From contig CP075492.1 of assembly GCA_021613535.1 (NCBI GenBank), forward strand, positions 10,478,001 through 10,542,000: a stretch of DNA of 64,000 nucleotides, read 5' to 3'. Below, in pieces: positions 1 to 11,989 of the stretch. This DNA comes from Adineta vaga. Its lineage: Eukaryota; Animalia; Rotifera. The stretch's first letter is position 1, and the number at the start of each line of letters is the position of its first letter. The notes under the pieces are model-generated. The model was given only the letters and a program-made list of their open reading frames with translations, had not been told where the DNA came from and did not search any database. The position numbers and the translations under genes were made by a program.

Positions 1-912
1 AATTCGATTTTCACGAATCAAATTTACGACAAGACCTAAAAATGAAACAATCTATTCATCGAAATCTTCACCAAAGATTAGTTCTTCTTTACCTTGAGTA
101 AGATTTTCATTAACACGGGTAGTTTTTATCATTTCATTGATACGTACAGGTAAAAGTGCTCCTTGTAAATAACCGATAAGAATATTTTGTTGTAAACGAA
201 CATAATTTTCAGTATATAAAGTTCCAGATTCATATTTAATACCATTTAATGCTGAACCAATGATTCGATTTGTAACAATTGAATTTAAATATTCTGTTGG
301 TAAATCAAATTGACGAATCAATTCACTGAATGCAATTAAACCACGTTCAACTAACATATCATTGATTTCTTCCACTAAACGATTTGTATAATCACTTGAA
401 ATAGGAAAAGAAAAAAAACATGAATAAATATCGTTTTAAAGAAGACATACGCAGATATAAATTGTCCCAATGTAAATTGTAAAGTAGGATCTTCTTTACA
501 TACATCACCGACTTTACTTTCAATATAAGTTAAATCAATTCGAAGATGTTGTGCCAAATCAACAATATTAATTCGACCTAAATATCAATATGTATGATGA
601 CAACGAGAGAATAGTAAAGGTATAAAGTACACACCTCCATTCGCATATATTTCATCAAGAATTTCACGAATAAGTCGTTGTTCAGTTATAATATCCTTTC
701 CATCGGTAGTATAAATCACATTCAATAGACCTTCTTTTACTAATAGACCAATCAATTCCACACAATTTCTTTCGGAAAGTCTAAATATATCAATATTAAT
801 AGATACAACAACATATTATTTAGTCTATATACTTATTGGCTGTTTCAGTTAATTGTAAATTAAGAAAATCAGTACGTAAACTACGAATTTCATCCCATGT
901 CACATCGGCCAT
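1..912 (-). CDS. UFL1: E3 UFM1-protein ligase 1, 5' part (runs off the window start; multi-exon)
   Basis: Manual splicing gives [37 protein letters not shown]...YTTDGKD...GGRINIVDLAQHLRIDL, matching the UFL1 N-terminus; ORFs 375-557 and 52-375 are internal exons. Confidence 0.9.
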
Positions 913-1368
913 CGTTTATTATTTACGTATATATTGCAGAGTAGAAGAAATAAATAAGAATAAGAATAATAGTAATAATATTACAACGTAAGCTCAAATG
1001 ACGCATAGGCATATTTCAAACAACCAATCATCGTTTGTTACCATTGAAAACATCATCAGACAGAGTGCGCTTTAGTTATTTTGCAATTATTGAAAATGAA
1101 TCCTTCTTCTTTTTTTCTATATTCTATTTTATCTGTTGTATGTATTTCTTACGCAATAAGCTGATTGAAAGCCAAGGAAAAAACGAACACATACTTTTAC
1201 AAAAGAAAATTGAAAATATACAATTCTGAGATATTAAGATTGACTAATATTAGGATAGAAAAAGGTTACTCGACACGCAGTTTTCTAAAAACAAAAAACA
1301 AAGGATCAATCAATCACACTTCATAGTTAATCACGAGAAAACAATTAAAAAACAAATCGATCTCCTTT

Positions 1369-4300
1369 TTAAATATGATCAAATGCTGGCAAATAGCTTG
1401 ATGGTCGTTGTAAGGATGCTGAACGAATATTGCGATCAGTTTTCATTTCCATACGATCGTCGCGTTCAATGGATGGTGTTCGATACCATCTATTCGATGC
1501 AACAGGCGGTCGAGAATGATGTTTCGTACTTGTCATTGAACGATTGTTCACAATGTTATACTAGAAAATAGAAATGATTGATAAAAAAAAACAAGAAGAG
1601 ATTTTCGAATAGAGTTTTATTACCTTTGCTTGATAAACGAATACATTTGTACATAGACGAGTAACAGCATTCATTAAATCTCGTGCTTCACATATGACTG
1701 TATCAACCTAAAGAAGACAGAAGATCGTTTCATTTAAACAAATCATTGTTTATTGAAGTATTTCTACTTTAGCAAATGTGGAATTCTTTCCTATTACAGG
1801 AGTTTTTAATTTTAGTTTTAATTGATGACACATTAAAGGAATTTTTTCTAATTGAATTAACATTTCTTGTCGTATATTTTTATTTGGAATCTAAAATGAA
1901 AATAGTCAGATATTGATTTCGTTGATTGAAGAAATTACTTGATGAATAAATTCATGAATAATTGCAGATAAACGAGTGCCTTCTTCAACAAAATAATAGG
2001 CTTGAGTGAATAAATCTTGTGTTGTGCGTAATGTTCCTTCGCCTCGTGTAAATAAATACATTGAATATGCCATCGATGACATATTTTTTGCTCGCTAAAT
2101 CAAAAGAAATGAAATAATCTTGGGAAGAATAAGGAAGAAATAACTAACTTTAGCTATTTCATTTTGTGGTTCATCCCATTTTTCTGCTTCAGCATCCATT
2201 TCTGATGTTACTAATTTCATTTCTAAACCAGCTTTCGCTATTTTTCCTTGTTCTTCAGAATCAAGTTTCGTAGGTTTAACGCCAGCTAAAACAAAAATAG
2301 TTTGTCAGAAATCTAATTAATCATAATAGTACTTTTCGACGTCGTTCCATGTTTACCAGGTCTTGGTAAGGATAAATAGACTGTTTTTTCACCTCGACCT
2401 TCAATATAATCCTGAATTTCTTTAACCAAAATCGAAAAATCATTGATTTCTTGTTCCCAAAAACGACATAGAACATCAAGATTTTCTTTCGGTACTCGAC
2501 TTGTTGGATGTGATGCTACTGATTGTGCTGATGTGATGATCTAGAAAGAAACGAACTTGAAAGAAAGTTAAATGACAAAATTTATTGTACCATATTTGAT
2601 AGATTCTGTAATAACATATCATGATATTCACTTGATACTTGTAATTGATCACAAGAACTAATATGCTTCAAAAGTTTGCTTAACTAAAAAACAAAACAAA
2701 AACATCAAAATAAGTCTGTCTTTCAATTCATTATATCAATGAACCTCAATGGCGATATCTGCTTGTTCTCGAAAACGATCAATTGCTTCTTGTAAGAAAT
2801 CGAATCGACTCGTTAAAGAAAATGTTTTCAATTCATTCAATAGTACCGTTTCATCATGCGTACGGAAAAATTCTGATGCACGCAATATGGCCATTTCTTC
2901 TAACTGTAAATGAGGAAAAAACAAGAATTCAATTTTACGAGAAGAATAAAGAAGAAAAGGATCAATTACATCTTTACGAAAATCATGTCCTATCTGTTGA
3001 ATTGATTGTATAGCTAATGGAAGAACATCACTTTTTAATGAATAACCCATTTCATTATTATTTGTTACAATGGTTATTATTTCTGCTAATTGTTCTTGTA
3101 ATTTTCTATGATAATCAAGTACTTTCTCTCGTTGTTCGATACTTATATAAACTGAATCAGTAAAATCTTGACTGTTATCGATAGTTTTACTACAAAATTC
3201 TTCGAGTTGTTCTTTCGTTGAAGATGTTACTGAAACATTTAACATTTCAAGAGCATACTAAATAAAAAGAAACAAAAAAATTTGATAATCTTTAAAGTTT
3301 TCTAATGTTTTACTTCAAATTGTCTGAGTGATTTAACAAAATTGATTTCATCTTTCGTCAGTTGAAGCATCAATGCAGGATTGAGTGTTGCTATTGTTGA
3401 ACCAGAATCATAAACAATCAAACCCACTAATTCAAGTGCACGACGAACTTGATCATAAACAAGATCTCGACATTGACGAGCATAAACACATTCAATATGA
3501 CGAAGATAGCTCTAGAGAGAGATAATGAATATAAACATTCAATTAGTTTAGATGGATTATTTATACCTTTGAGGAAGTTAAAATTAACATGGTACATTTT
3601 TCGAGAATAGTTCGCGAAGCAGAAAGTTGAGATCGACGTCGTTCATCTTTTAGATCCTAAATATACGAAAAAATGTTCCTTTCCATTGAAATTTCAGAAT
3701 CTATTTTAATTTTTACATTTTGTCGATCGCCAGTTAGATGTGCTAATTCCACCATTTGACTTCCATAAACTCCAAATAGTTTAACAAATTCAGAGAATGA
3801 TGATACGGCTTCTAATCGATTTAAAGTCGATATGACCTACGATATAGCAAAAAATAGAATTCTTTTTTTCGAAAATAAAGGAGAGTAAAAAACCTTTTTT
3901 TTAATATGAACGATTTGTTTTACAACAACCATATCAGCAAGTAAAAGAACACGTGTTACTGCACTCAATAAACTACGTGCTGCCTGTACCATACTTTGTC
4001 TATCAGTTACACAAATAGGTTTACCAGATGTATCATATTCTACACATGTGATCCGTTTGATTGATTCACCTATGATAAGAAAATAAAGGATGCATCAATG
4101 AGAATATCGAGAGAAACTAACCAGCGGATCGAGCTTCTTGACAAGCATCAACTAAATCTGATTTAATTTCTGAATTTTCATTGGCAATTGATTCTCCTAC
4201 AAGAATAAAAAAGAGAGAAGGAAAACGTCAACGGCTATCAAAATCTGTTGTTGTTGTTGTTTTGTTTTTTTGTTTGAAAAAGAAATTCTTACCAACAGAA

Positions 4301-4512
4301 ACAAATCGTTCAACAGCCATATGTACAGCATCTCCGACTCGATTAATAGCTTGCAATGTTTTATCATTGATAGTTGCAGATGATGATCGTGGTCTTTCTT
4401 TAAAATTGATTAAAGTCGAGATTTGTGTAACAAGCGGTACCAATGTTGTTTCAATAGATTTTGTTTTTATTTCGAGCGATTTTGGCGATGGAATTTTATC
4501 CGCTGATGCCAT
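1369..4512 (-). CDS. CTNNAL1: Alpha-catulin (vinculin/alpha-catenin family), many exons
   Basis: LEIKTKSIETTLVPLVTQISTL N-terminus; C-terminal exons include AKNMSSMAYSMYLFTRGEGTLRTTQDLF, typical of alpha-catulin. Confidence 0.85.
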
Positions 4513-4631
4513 ACTATTATCTCGTTCTTCTTTTACATCATCTAGAATAGAGAAAAAAAACACCGATGTTTATTTTTGATATAATCGCTATGAAAAACCA
4601 AAATAACAAATCGCATTCAATAAAATAAAAA

Positions 4632-6003
4632 TTATCTTGGTGATTTCTTTTGTGAACGTTCAAGATCATTATCCTCAGCACTGTATAATTCACTAACAAT
4701 TCGATAAACATACGATGGAGCATTACCCATGCCACTACCGATAATTAATGTTACTAGTTCCGGTGGTACATAGTCATGCGTAGGAACAACAGTATCTAAG
4801 GATGATTGATAACTCGATTCATACGCGAGAATATTTTCAGGTGATGGAAAACTATTACACATAACTGGATCAAATGATGGAAGATAAGTTGGAGAAAATT
4901 TATATGTTGGTGCACAGACAAGTAATGGAACATTATAATTTTTGGCTGCTAATGCTAAATTATATGTACCAGATTTTGCTGTCAAACCTCCATTAGCTAG
5001 AAGACTTCGTGTACCAATCAGAATTTTATTAACACGAGCCATTATTGCAAATACAGCTGAATCAGTGACAACAGTTACAGAAATATTTGATTGAGATAAA
5101 TTCAGAGCCATTTTATGTCCAGTAAAGAAAGGTGCATGTTCAAGAATAAAGACATGAAATTGTCGTTTTTTACCAGCTGCATACTTAAAGAATTGTTCGA
5201 CAGTATATGAATATCCTAAGGTTAAGATAATTTCATTGGCATGAATATGCGCTAAAGCTTGTTGAGCAAGATTTTTTACACTTAATTCAATTTCTGTTGA
5301 AGCCCAATTTAAATCATCCATTAATTCGGGTCGTAGTCGCTGAACCGGAACATCACCTTCGATATTGCTGACTGGTAATGATTCAGTTAAATCAGCGTGA
5401 ATCTGTTTCTTTTTTAATTTGAGATCTTCATTGGAATCTTCTGTTTCATCTTCATTCATAGCTGACATTGCTGGACGATCATTAAGAACAGCTTGAAGTG
5501 TTAAAGATATATCACTACCTTCATTTCGTCCATGAATTATTCGAACAGATACTTCACGAATTAATTTTAGAATACGTCTAAAGGAAAAACATGACAATTA
5601 TTCATTGTTTATGAAGGAAATTAATTTAACTTTGCTAGAAAAAGATTCTTCACTCTCTATCTATCTCGATAGACGATCATAATTCAAATAACTTCAAGTA
5701 AATTCTAATCAATATTTTTGTTATACAACATTTTCATCTTAAAGTATTTCTTTTCAGAATAGCATACCTTGTAATATTAAATGTAATACTATCGACGGGT
5801 TGTCCTTCATTAAGTCGATGTGCATACGAACGAATTAAAGTAATTAATTCACTTGCATTTGACCATTTTGATTCTCCAATAAGTTTTTTCAATATTAATA
5901 TCGTTGCCAAGGCTAAATCAACTGAACGTGTATAAGTTGATTGTTTAACATTATTACAAAATCGATCGATTTCATTTTCAATATCAACAGTTATACGTGC
6001 CAT
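4632..6003 (-). CDS. EIF2B2: Translation initiation factor eIF2B subunit beta (exons 6003-5768, 5577-4632)
   Basis: HIHANEIILTLGYS, DSAVFAIMARVNKILIGT, LANGGL, DYVPPELVTL, GNAPSYVYR motifs. Confidence 0.93.
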
Positions 6004-6442
6004 CGTTTATTTCGTTATTAATTATCTAAAATTCGAAGAAGAAACGTACATTTATAGTAATAATTCAAGCTGATGCAATTCGAGAAAACAATCCAATTGA
6101 TTTCGAAATATCTCATTAGAAGATATTCTATTAGATGAAACGATGCCATTAATTTCTGTACTTAAAGATAGAAAAAGGTCATGAACAATCTCCTGTCGAA
6201 AGATAAATGTCAGCTTTGGTATTATCTACGAATGTTTACTGATTTATTGATTACATTTCTAATCGGTTAATTTCACCTAACTAATCAAAATTACTTCTAG
6301 GCCCTCTACAGTTTCGTGACAAACGTCACTGATATCAATGAAACATTGACATTGAATGTAGCGCCATGTCATTGAATTTGATGATTATACTAAATGTAAT
6401 GTAACCTGACTTTTTCCTATTAAAAACTAATTAGAGGAAAAA

Positions 6443-6988
6443 ATGGTTCATATTATATACACCGTCGGGCATTCGTCACATGATTTCGAAACATTTTTTT
6501 CTCTATTAAAACGTTATCATATCGAGCAAATTATTGATATTCGTCGTTCGCCTCGATCGATTCGTTATCCACATTTCAATATCGATCAACTGAAGCATAC
6601 ATGTTTACTTTCATATTCATTTCAAGGTGATATATTAGGTGGACGTCGTCGACGACGGAAATCTTTAGATAATCTTAATAATGGTTTAATAGATTCCGAT
6701 TCACATGCCTATGCAGATCATATGCAATGCGATGAATTTCAAAAAGTTATTAATAATTTAGTCTCATTATCTTCTTCATCTACACTTGTTCTCATGTGTT
6801 CAGAAAATAATCCTGAACAATGTCATCGTTCTCTACTAGCCGATTATTTATGTCTCGTTCATGAAGTTCAAGTTCGTCACATTCTTTTCAATGGTGAAAC
6901 ATACGAACATCAAGTCAATCCCTTGGCAAGAATTCATGAACAGAGTAACACATGTATTTATCCGAATAATATTAGTTCAGTAATATGA
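6443..6988 (+). CDS. DUF488 family protein, intronless
   Basis: IYTVGHS, DIRRSPRS..PHFN, LGGRR, YADHM, LMCSE...CHRSLLAD motifs of DUF488. Confidence 0.85.
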   Translation: MVHIIYTVGHSSHDFETFFSLLKRYHIEQIIDIRRSPRSIRYPHFNIDQLKHTCLLSYSFQGDILGGRRRRRKSLDNLNNGLIDSDSHAYADHMQCDEFQKVINNLVSLSSSSTLVLMCSENNPEQCHRSLLADYLCLVHEVQVRHILFNGETYEHQVNPLARIHEQSNTCIYPNNISSVI

Positions 6989-7442
6989 TTACAAACTTTA
7001 TTCACACATATGAATATGTTATAGAAATCTCATCTAAAATATAGTGATGATGGATAGAAATGAAGAGAGAAAAAAAACGAAGAATAGAATGGAACGGAAG
7101 CGAACGATCGTAATTAATCTGTAAAACAAGTCATCAATGTATACAATCATGGTCGTTTTTCTGACAGTCTTTTTCTTCTTCTCATCTTATCCTACGGAAG
7201 AAAAAAGAAAGAAAAACTAATAAAAGAAGATATCTAGATCCTTTAATAAGAGAAAAGAACAGAAAGAAATTTTCAAGTCATCGCTCAGCTTTGTAATCCT
7301 CTATCTTCTTTTAACATTTCATTTATTTATATATTTTCTCCCTTGTGTTCGGTATTTAATTTATATCGTCAAGCAATGAACATCTCTTTCTTTCTTCTTT
7401 TTTTTCTAGATGTAAAAGAAAATCCAAGCAAAAATAAAAGTC

Positions 7443-8455
7443 ATGTCGTCAAACATAGATAATAACGAAGAACATGATCCTATTGCTAATTTAAATATGT
7501 TACCAGCACGAAGTATTCTTAAAACAACAACAAGTATCGATGAAAATCGATTGGAAAATAATCAAGAGACGACGACGACATATCCAGCAACAGGGATGAA
7601 ACGATCTGAAAGTAAAAGGTAAAAATGAAATTCATTTCATATTTCGAATCGTTTTGTGTGTATGTGCTTTTAGTCATAAAATTCCTCATTTTGATGAAAT
7701 GAATATAATTGCAACTTATCATCCAATTGATAAAGATTATGGTCATATGAAAATTGAAGAACCGAAAACACCTTATGTTGCAAATGATAATATTGATGAA
7801 GAAATGGATACAGAATTTCATGCTACTGAAATAATATCTTCAGGTGTTGATCCTGATGCACTTGCTGATAGGTTGGAATATTCATACATTTTATTTTTCT
7901 TATCATTTACTTTTCTTTCTTTCTTTCTTTCTTTAAAGATTAAATGAATCATCGTGTAGCTCATCACGAATATCACCTGATCATACATCAAAAACATCTA
8001 TTCATCAAAATCCTCTAGACTTAGAACATCGTAAACAATTTGAACATCAACGGAAAGAACATTACAATGAATTTGAAATCGTTCGATTACATAAAAAACA
8101 AATCGAAGCTGAATTACGTGCACTTGAACAAGATGAAGTGTCTGAATCTGAAAGTTCGTCACCGAATAATTCAATCAAACCAATTCTAGTTCATTCTCCT
8201 TCATCGTCTCATCATCATCATCATCCACATCCACATCATGTGCATGTTCAGGATGATGATCAACATGAGATCGATGAACTGTCATTAACTTCCGAAGAAC
8301 GTGGTTCGTATTTGAAAGAAAAAAAAGAGAAACATTAATGATAATTCTAATTATATTTGTATTTAGAACGGAGAAAACAATTTGAATTGAAGCGAAAACA
8401 ACATTACAACGAATTTCATGTTGCTCATGCGACAAACAAAGACGAAGACAAATAA
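7443..8455 (+). CDS. PPP1R2: Protein phosphatase 1 inhibitor-2 (4 exons)
   Basis: RSILK motif, FDEMNIIATYHPIDKDYGHMKIEEPKTPY, and FExxRKxHYNE present twice. Confidence 0.9.
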
Positions 8456-9034
8456 TTCTGTTTTGTACATAAAACTTTTCTTTTTCTCAAATATTTACAG
8501 ATACAACGAACTCGTAATCAATATTGCTTTTTTAAAGATAAATATCTTATTGTAGTTATCATTTTTTAAATCCACCATTTCATATCGAATATATATATAT
8601 ATATATTTATATACGCCTGTGACATACTTCTTTCATTCACAGTAGACTACATGTATATAATCCAGGTATGATTGCTAATCTTGACAATATAAAGGAAATT
8701 GGAGCTTTATTCGTTCTTCCGGTGTTAAGATGAGACTTTTTTAATCAAGTCTTTTATAACTATTAGTCATTCTTAATCTTCAACGAACGGATATTTTTCT
8801 TTTATTTTTAAAAATTAATATTCATATACTTAATGAACTTATTTCGTACAATTGTGAATATTGAATGAATTTATTTCTATCTCTAAATATGAAATATACA
8901 ATGCAGAAAGAAAAAAAAACGAACATCTACAGATGAAATTAAATAATTATTGATTTTGTTTCTAACGAAAAAATAAAAGAAAAACAAGGCAGGAAGCTAT
9001 TAAAACAACTCGGAATAAACAAACTCATATGAAG

Positions 9035-10005
9035 TTAACGAATTAACAAACGTCGTAAATTATTTCGTGTTTTATTTGAAAATATCGGAGAAATCGATGA
9101 ACGTTGACGCCATGGTGATTTAATTGGACCTATTGTTGTTTTACATGGACTCGATGGATGATACGGACCGGAACAATATTGACAAAAACTATTTCGACAT
9201 AATGGATTTGTACAAATACTAGAATAGATAGATATGAAATTATAGCCTATTGTCAACATCAGTCAGTGATAGCATACCCATGTTGATCATTCGTATCTAC
9301 AATTGAAACAAAACCACAGAGTGGACATCGTTTTGGAACTGTTGGTCCATGTAAATATTTCAAATATCCATAACGAAATGTCATTGTACTTGCAGTAAGA
9401 TGAAGATCATCATTTTGTCTTGATGTGAGATTGTTAGATGGAGAATTGATGGTTGTCATTTGAAAAGATATGTTCGATTTTGCGTGCGTTGTATTTGTTA
9501 TTGTTTGCATTGGTGAACTCGTTAATTTTGAATCTTGAATAGATGAATTGAGACTATTGAAGAGATTTCGTTTCACATTTTTGGTTTGTTTACGTCGAGA
9601 ATAATCAGTTAAGATCATAGACCATGTTTTACATACATTTAAACTCTGATTAAAATCCATAGTTGATAAATGTTTTAATATTTCATCGATTAAATGATAG
9701 GCATTACGATAAGATAATTGTGTTAAAATATCGAAGTATTTTCTTGTTGTAATATAATTTTCATAATCAATTGTTGAAAGAAATTTTTGATTAATTGGAC
9801 TTGAATGTTCAGAAAATGGAGAAGTTAATTGATGAAAAATGACATGTGATGGAGAGAGACGAGAAGGAGATGCTAAGTAAGATGATGATGTACAAGATGA
9901 AGTAAATGTTAAGTAACCGGAATCTGTTTGACTATCATGAAGTATAGAAGAATGAAGAGAATCATTGCAACTATCAATATTTTCATCATTTATATAACTC
10001 GACAT
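9035..10005 (-). CDS. Emi1/Emi2 (FBXO5/FBXO43/Rca1)-like APC/C inhibitor; intron 9219-9277
   Basis: DSGYLT degron, F-box-like segment, KRNL D-box, zinc-binding region (CPLC...C...C...FCQYC...H), C-terminal RNNLRRL tail. Confidence 0.8.
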
Positions 10006-10544
10006 GATTTTTCAATGTCGAGTTAAAATACAATCTAGAAAAAGGATAAAAGATTATCTCTTCGATTCATACTTCAAGTAAAAATGTGCCTATTTATATA
10101 CTTCTCATATAACTTACCCTCATATTAAATGAACAAAGAGATAATTCTTCTGTATTCTCATACCTTAATCTCATCTCTTGTCAATAGAAATCGATTGATC
10201 TACAACCTTCTATCAATGATGGACACGCCTTGGACTCTTCATATCATTCGTACATTGAAGTTCAACTTCACAAAGGTGTTTACTATTACTTTTCGTTCGC
10301 TCTTTGTTTTCGTTGAACAATGAACTTGTTGTTCAGTAGACCAATTTTTTCAAGAAGAAAAATATTTTTAACGAAAAATGTTTCATAAAACTATTTTTGA
10401 ATTTAAGTTTGCCTCTTTTTTTATCGAAATATTATCGTAGAGGTCATGCAGATAAATCTGATTGGTTAGTCTTTGTCTATTACCTTGATTTGTCAGATGT
10501 ACATATCTATGTCTGTCTTTCTTTGATTGACTCGAAAGAAAAGA

Positions 10545-11824
10545 ATGTCTCTGACAACAACTAATATGTTAAATCTTGTCGAAAAAGATGTTGATAAAGC
10601 TATTGAATCTGTTCAAGAATATTATGATAACATCGAAACAAATCTCGATCAAGTCATCGAACAAATTCAAACAACACTTTCTCATCCAATCGATGATCAA
10701 CATCTGATTCAAACATCTCTTCAAAATACAATTAAACCATTAGCAAAACAATACAGTGATAAACATAAAGATCTTCATGGTTCCATATCAAAAATTGGTA
10801 AAACAATTGATAAATGTTTTCAATCAGATTTTGGTAATGTTCCAATAACAGAATTATTTGATACACCGGAAAAATATAAATTAATTTATATGATTATATG
10901 TGAAGATCTGTATCGTCAAGGACGAATGACTATTGCCGATAAATTAATTGAAGAATCGAAATTAAATGATAATGATTTATTTAATTTAGAGAAAAATTTT
11001 CTTGAAGAAATCAATATGATTCTCGAAAATTTACGTGAAAAGAATCTCATGCCAGCAATTGAATGGTGTTTACGTCATCGAACTCAATTGAATCAAACAG
11101 GTAGTCTCTTAGAATTTCATTTACATAAAATGCGTTTTGTACAATTATTACAAATGGGTACATTTCAAGAAGCAAAAACTTATCTTACAAATTTACGACA
11201 ATATTCGATTAGTAATGGACAATGTGAACAAGATGTTAATCAATTAATGGGTGCATTAGTTTTTGCACAACGAGATTTAGCAAAATCACCTTATAAATAT
11301 TTACTTGAACCACATTTATGGTTACAATTATCAGAATTATTTATGCAACAAGCATTTCAACAAGTAGGATTAGCACAAGATAGTCCATTGTATGTTGTTA
11401 TGAAAATTGGTTTTCAAGCTTTACCAGCATTAATGAGGTAAGAATCAAAGATTTGATTTAGGAAAAGTACTCATGTCATTCTATCGATTCGTTAGTATTG
11501 TAAATGCTATGCAAAATACTCAAGTATGTCATATTTTATCGAAAGATGAATTACCAATTGAAATTGATGTTGGTCAAGAACATCGATATCATAGTGTTTT
11601 TGCTTGTCCAATTCTTCGACAACAAACAACAGATCAAAATCCACCGATGAAACTTGTTTGTGGTCATGTTATATCAAAAGATGCATTGAATAAATTATCG
11701 ATTCAAAATAAATTAAAATGTCCTTATTGTCCACTAGGTGAGAATTACAAATTTTCAATGTGTTACAATAGTTTTTTCCTTTTTAGAACAAAGTCCGTCG
11801 GATGCTCGGCAATTGTTTTTTTGA
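10545..11824 (+). CDS. RMND5: RMND5/GID2 CTLH-complex RING subunit (3 exons)
   Basis: [13 protein letters not shown], LisH/CTLH/CRA region, [14 protein letters not shown]...[17 protein letters not shown]...KCPYCP. Confidence 0.93.
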
Positions 11825-11989
11825 ACCTTATTAATCCGGTTTTTCTCACTTCTTTTATTGTATTATAATGTATTTTGTTTTCTTGTGCCAATAATGAAGA
11901 TCAGTGAATACTCTTTCTTTGTTTTTAATTATGTAAATTTTCTTTTCATGATCTTCTAGATAGAGAAAGAAGGTATCTCATATTTTGAA

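Noticed and set aside
6430-6445. AGAGGAAAAA before the DUF488 ATG as a retained Shine-Dalgarno
   Set aside because: Equally explained as a TTAG acceptor plus an A-rich leader; no evidence of prokaryotic translation
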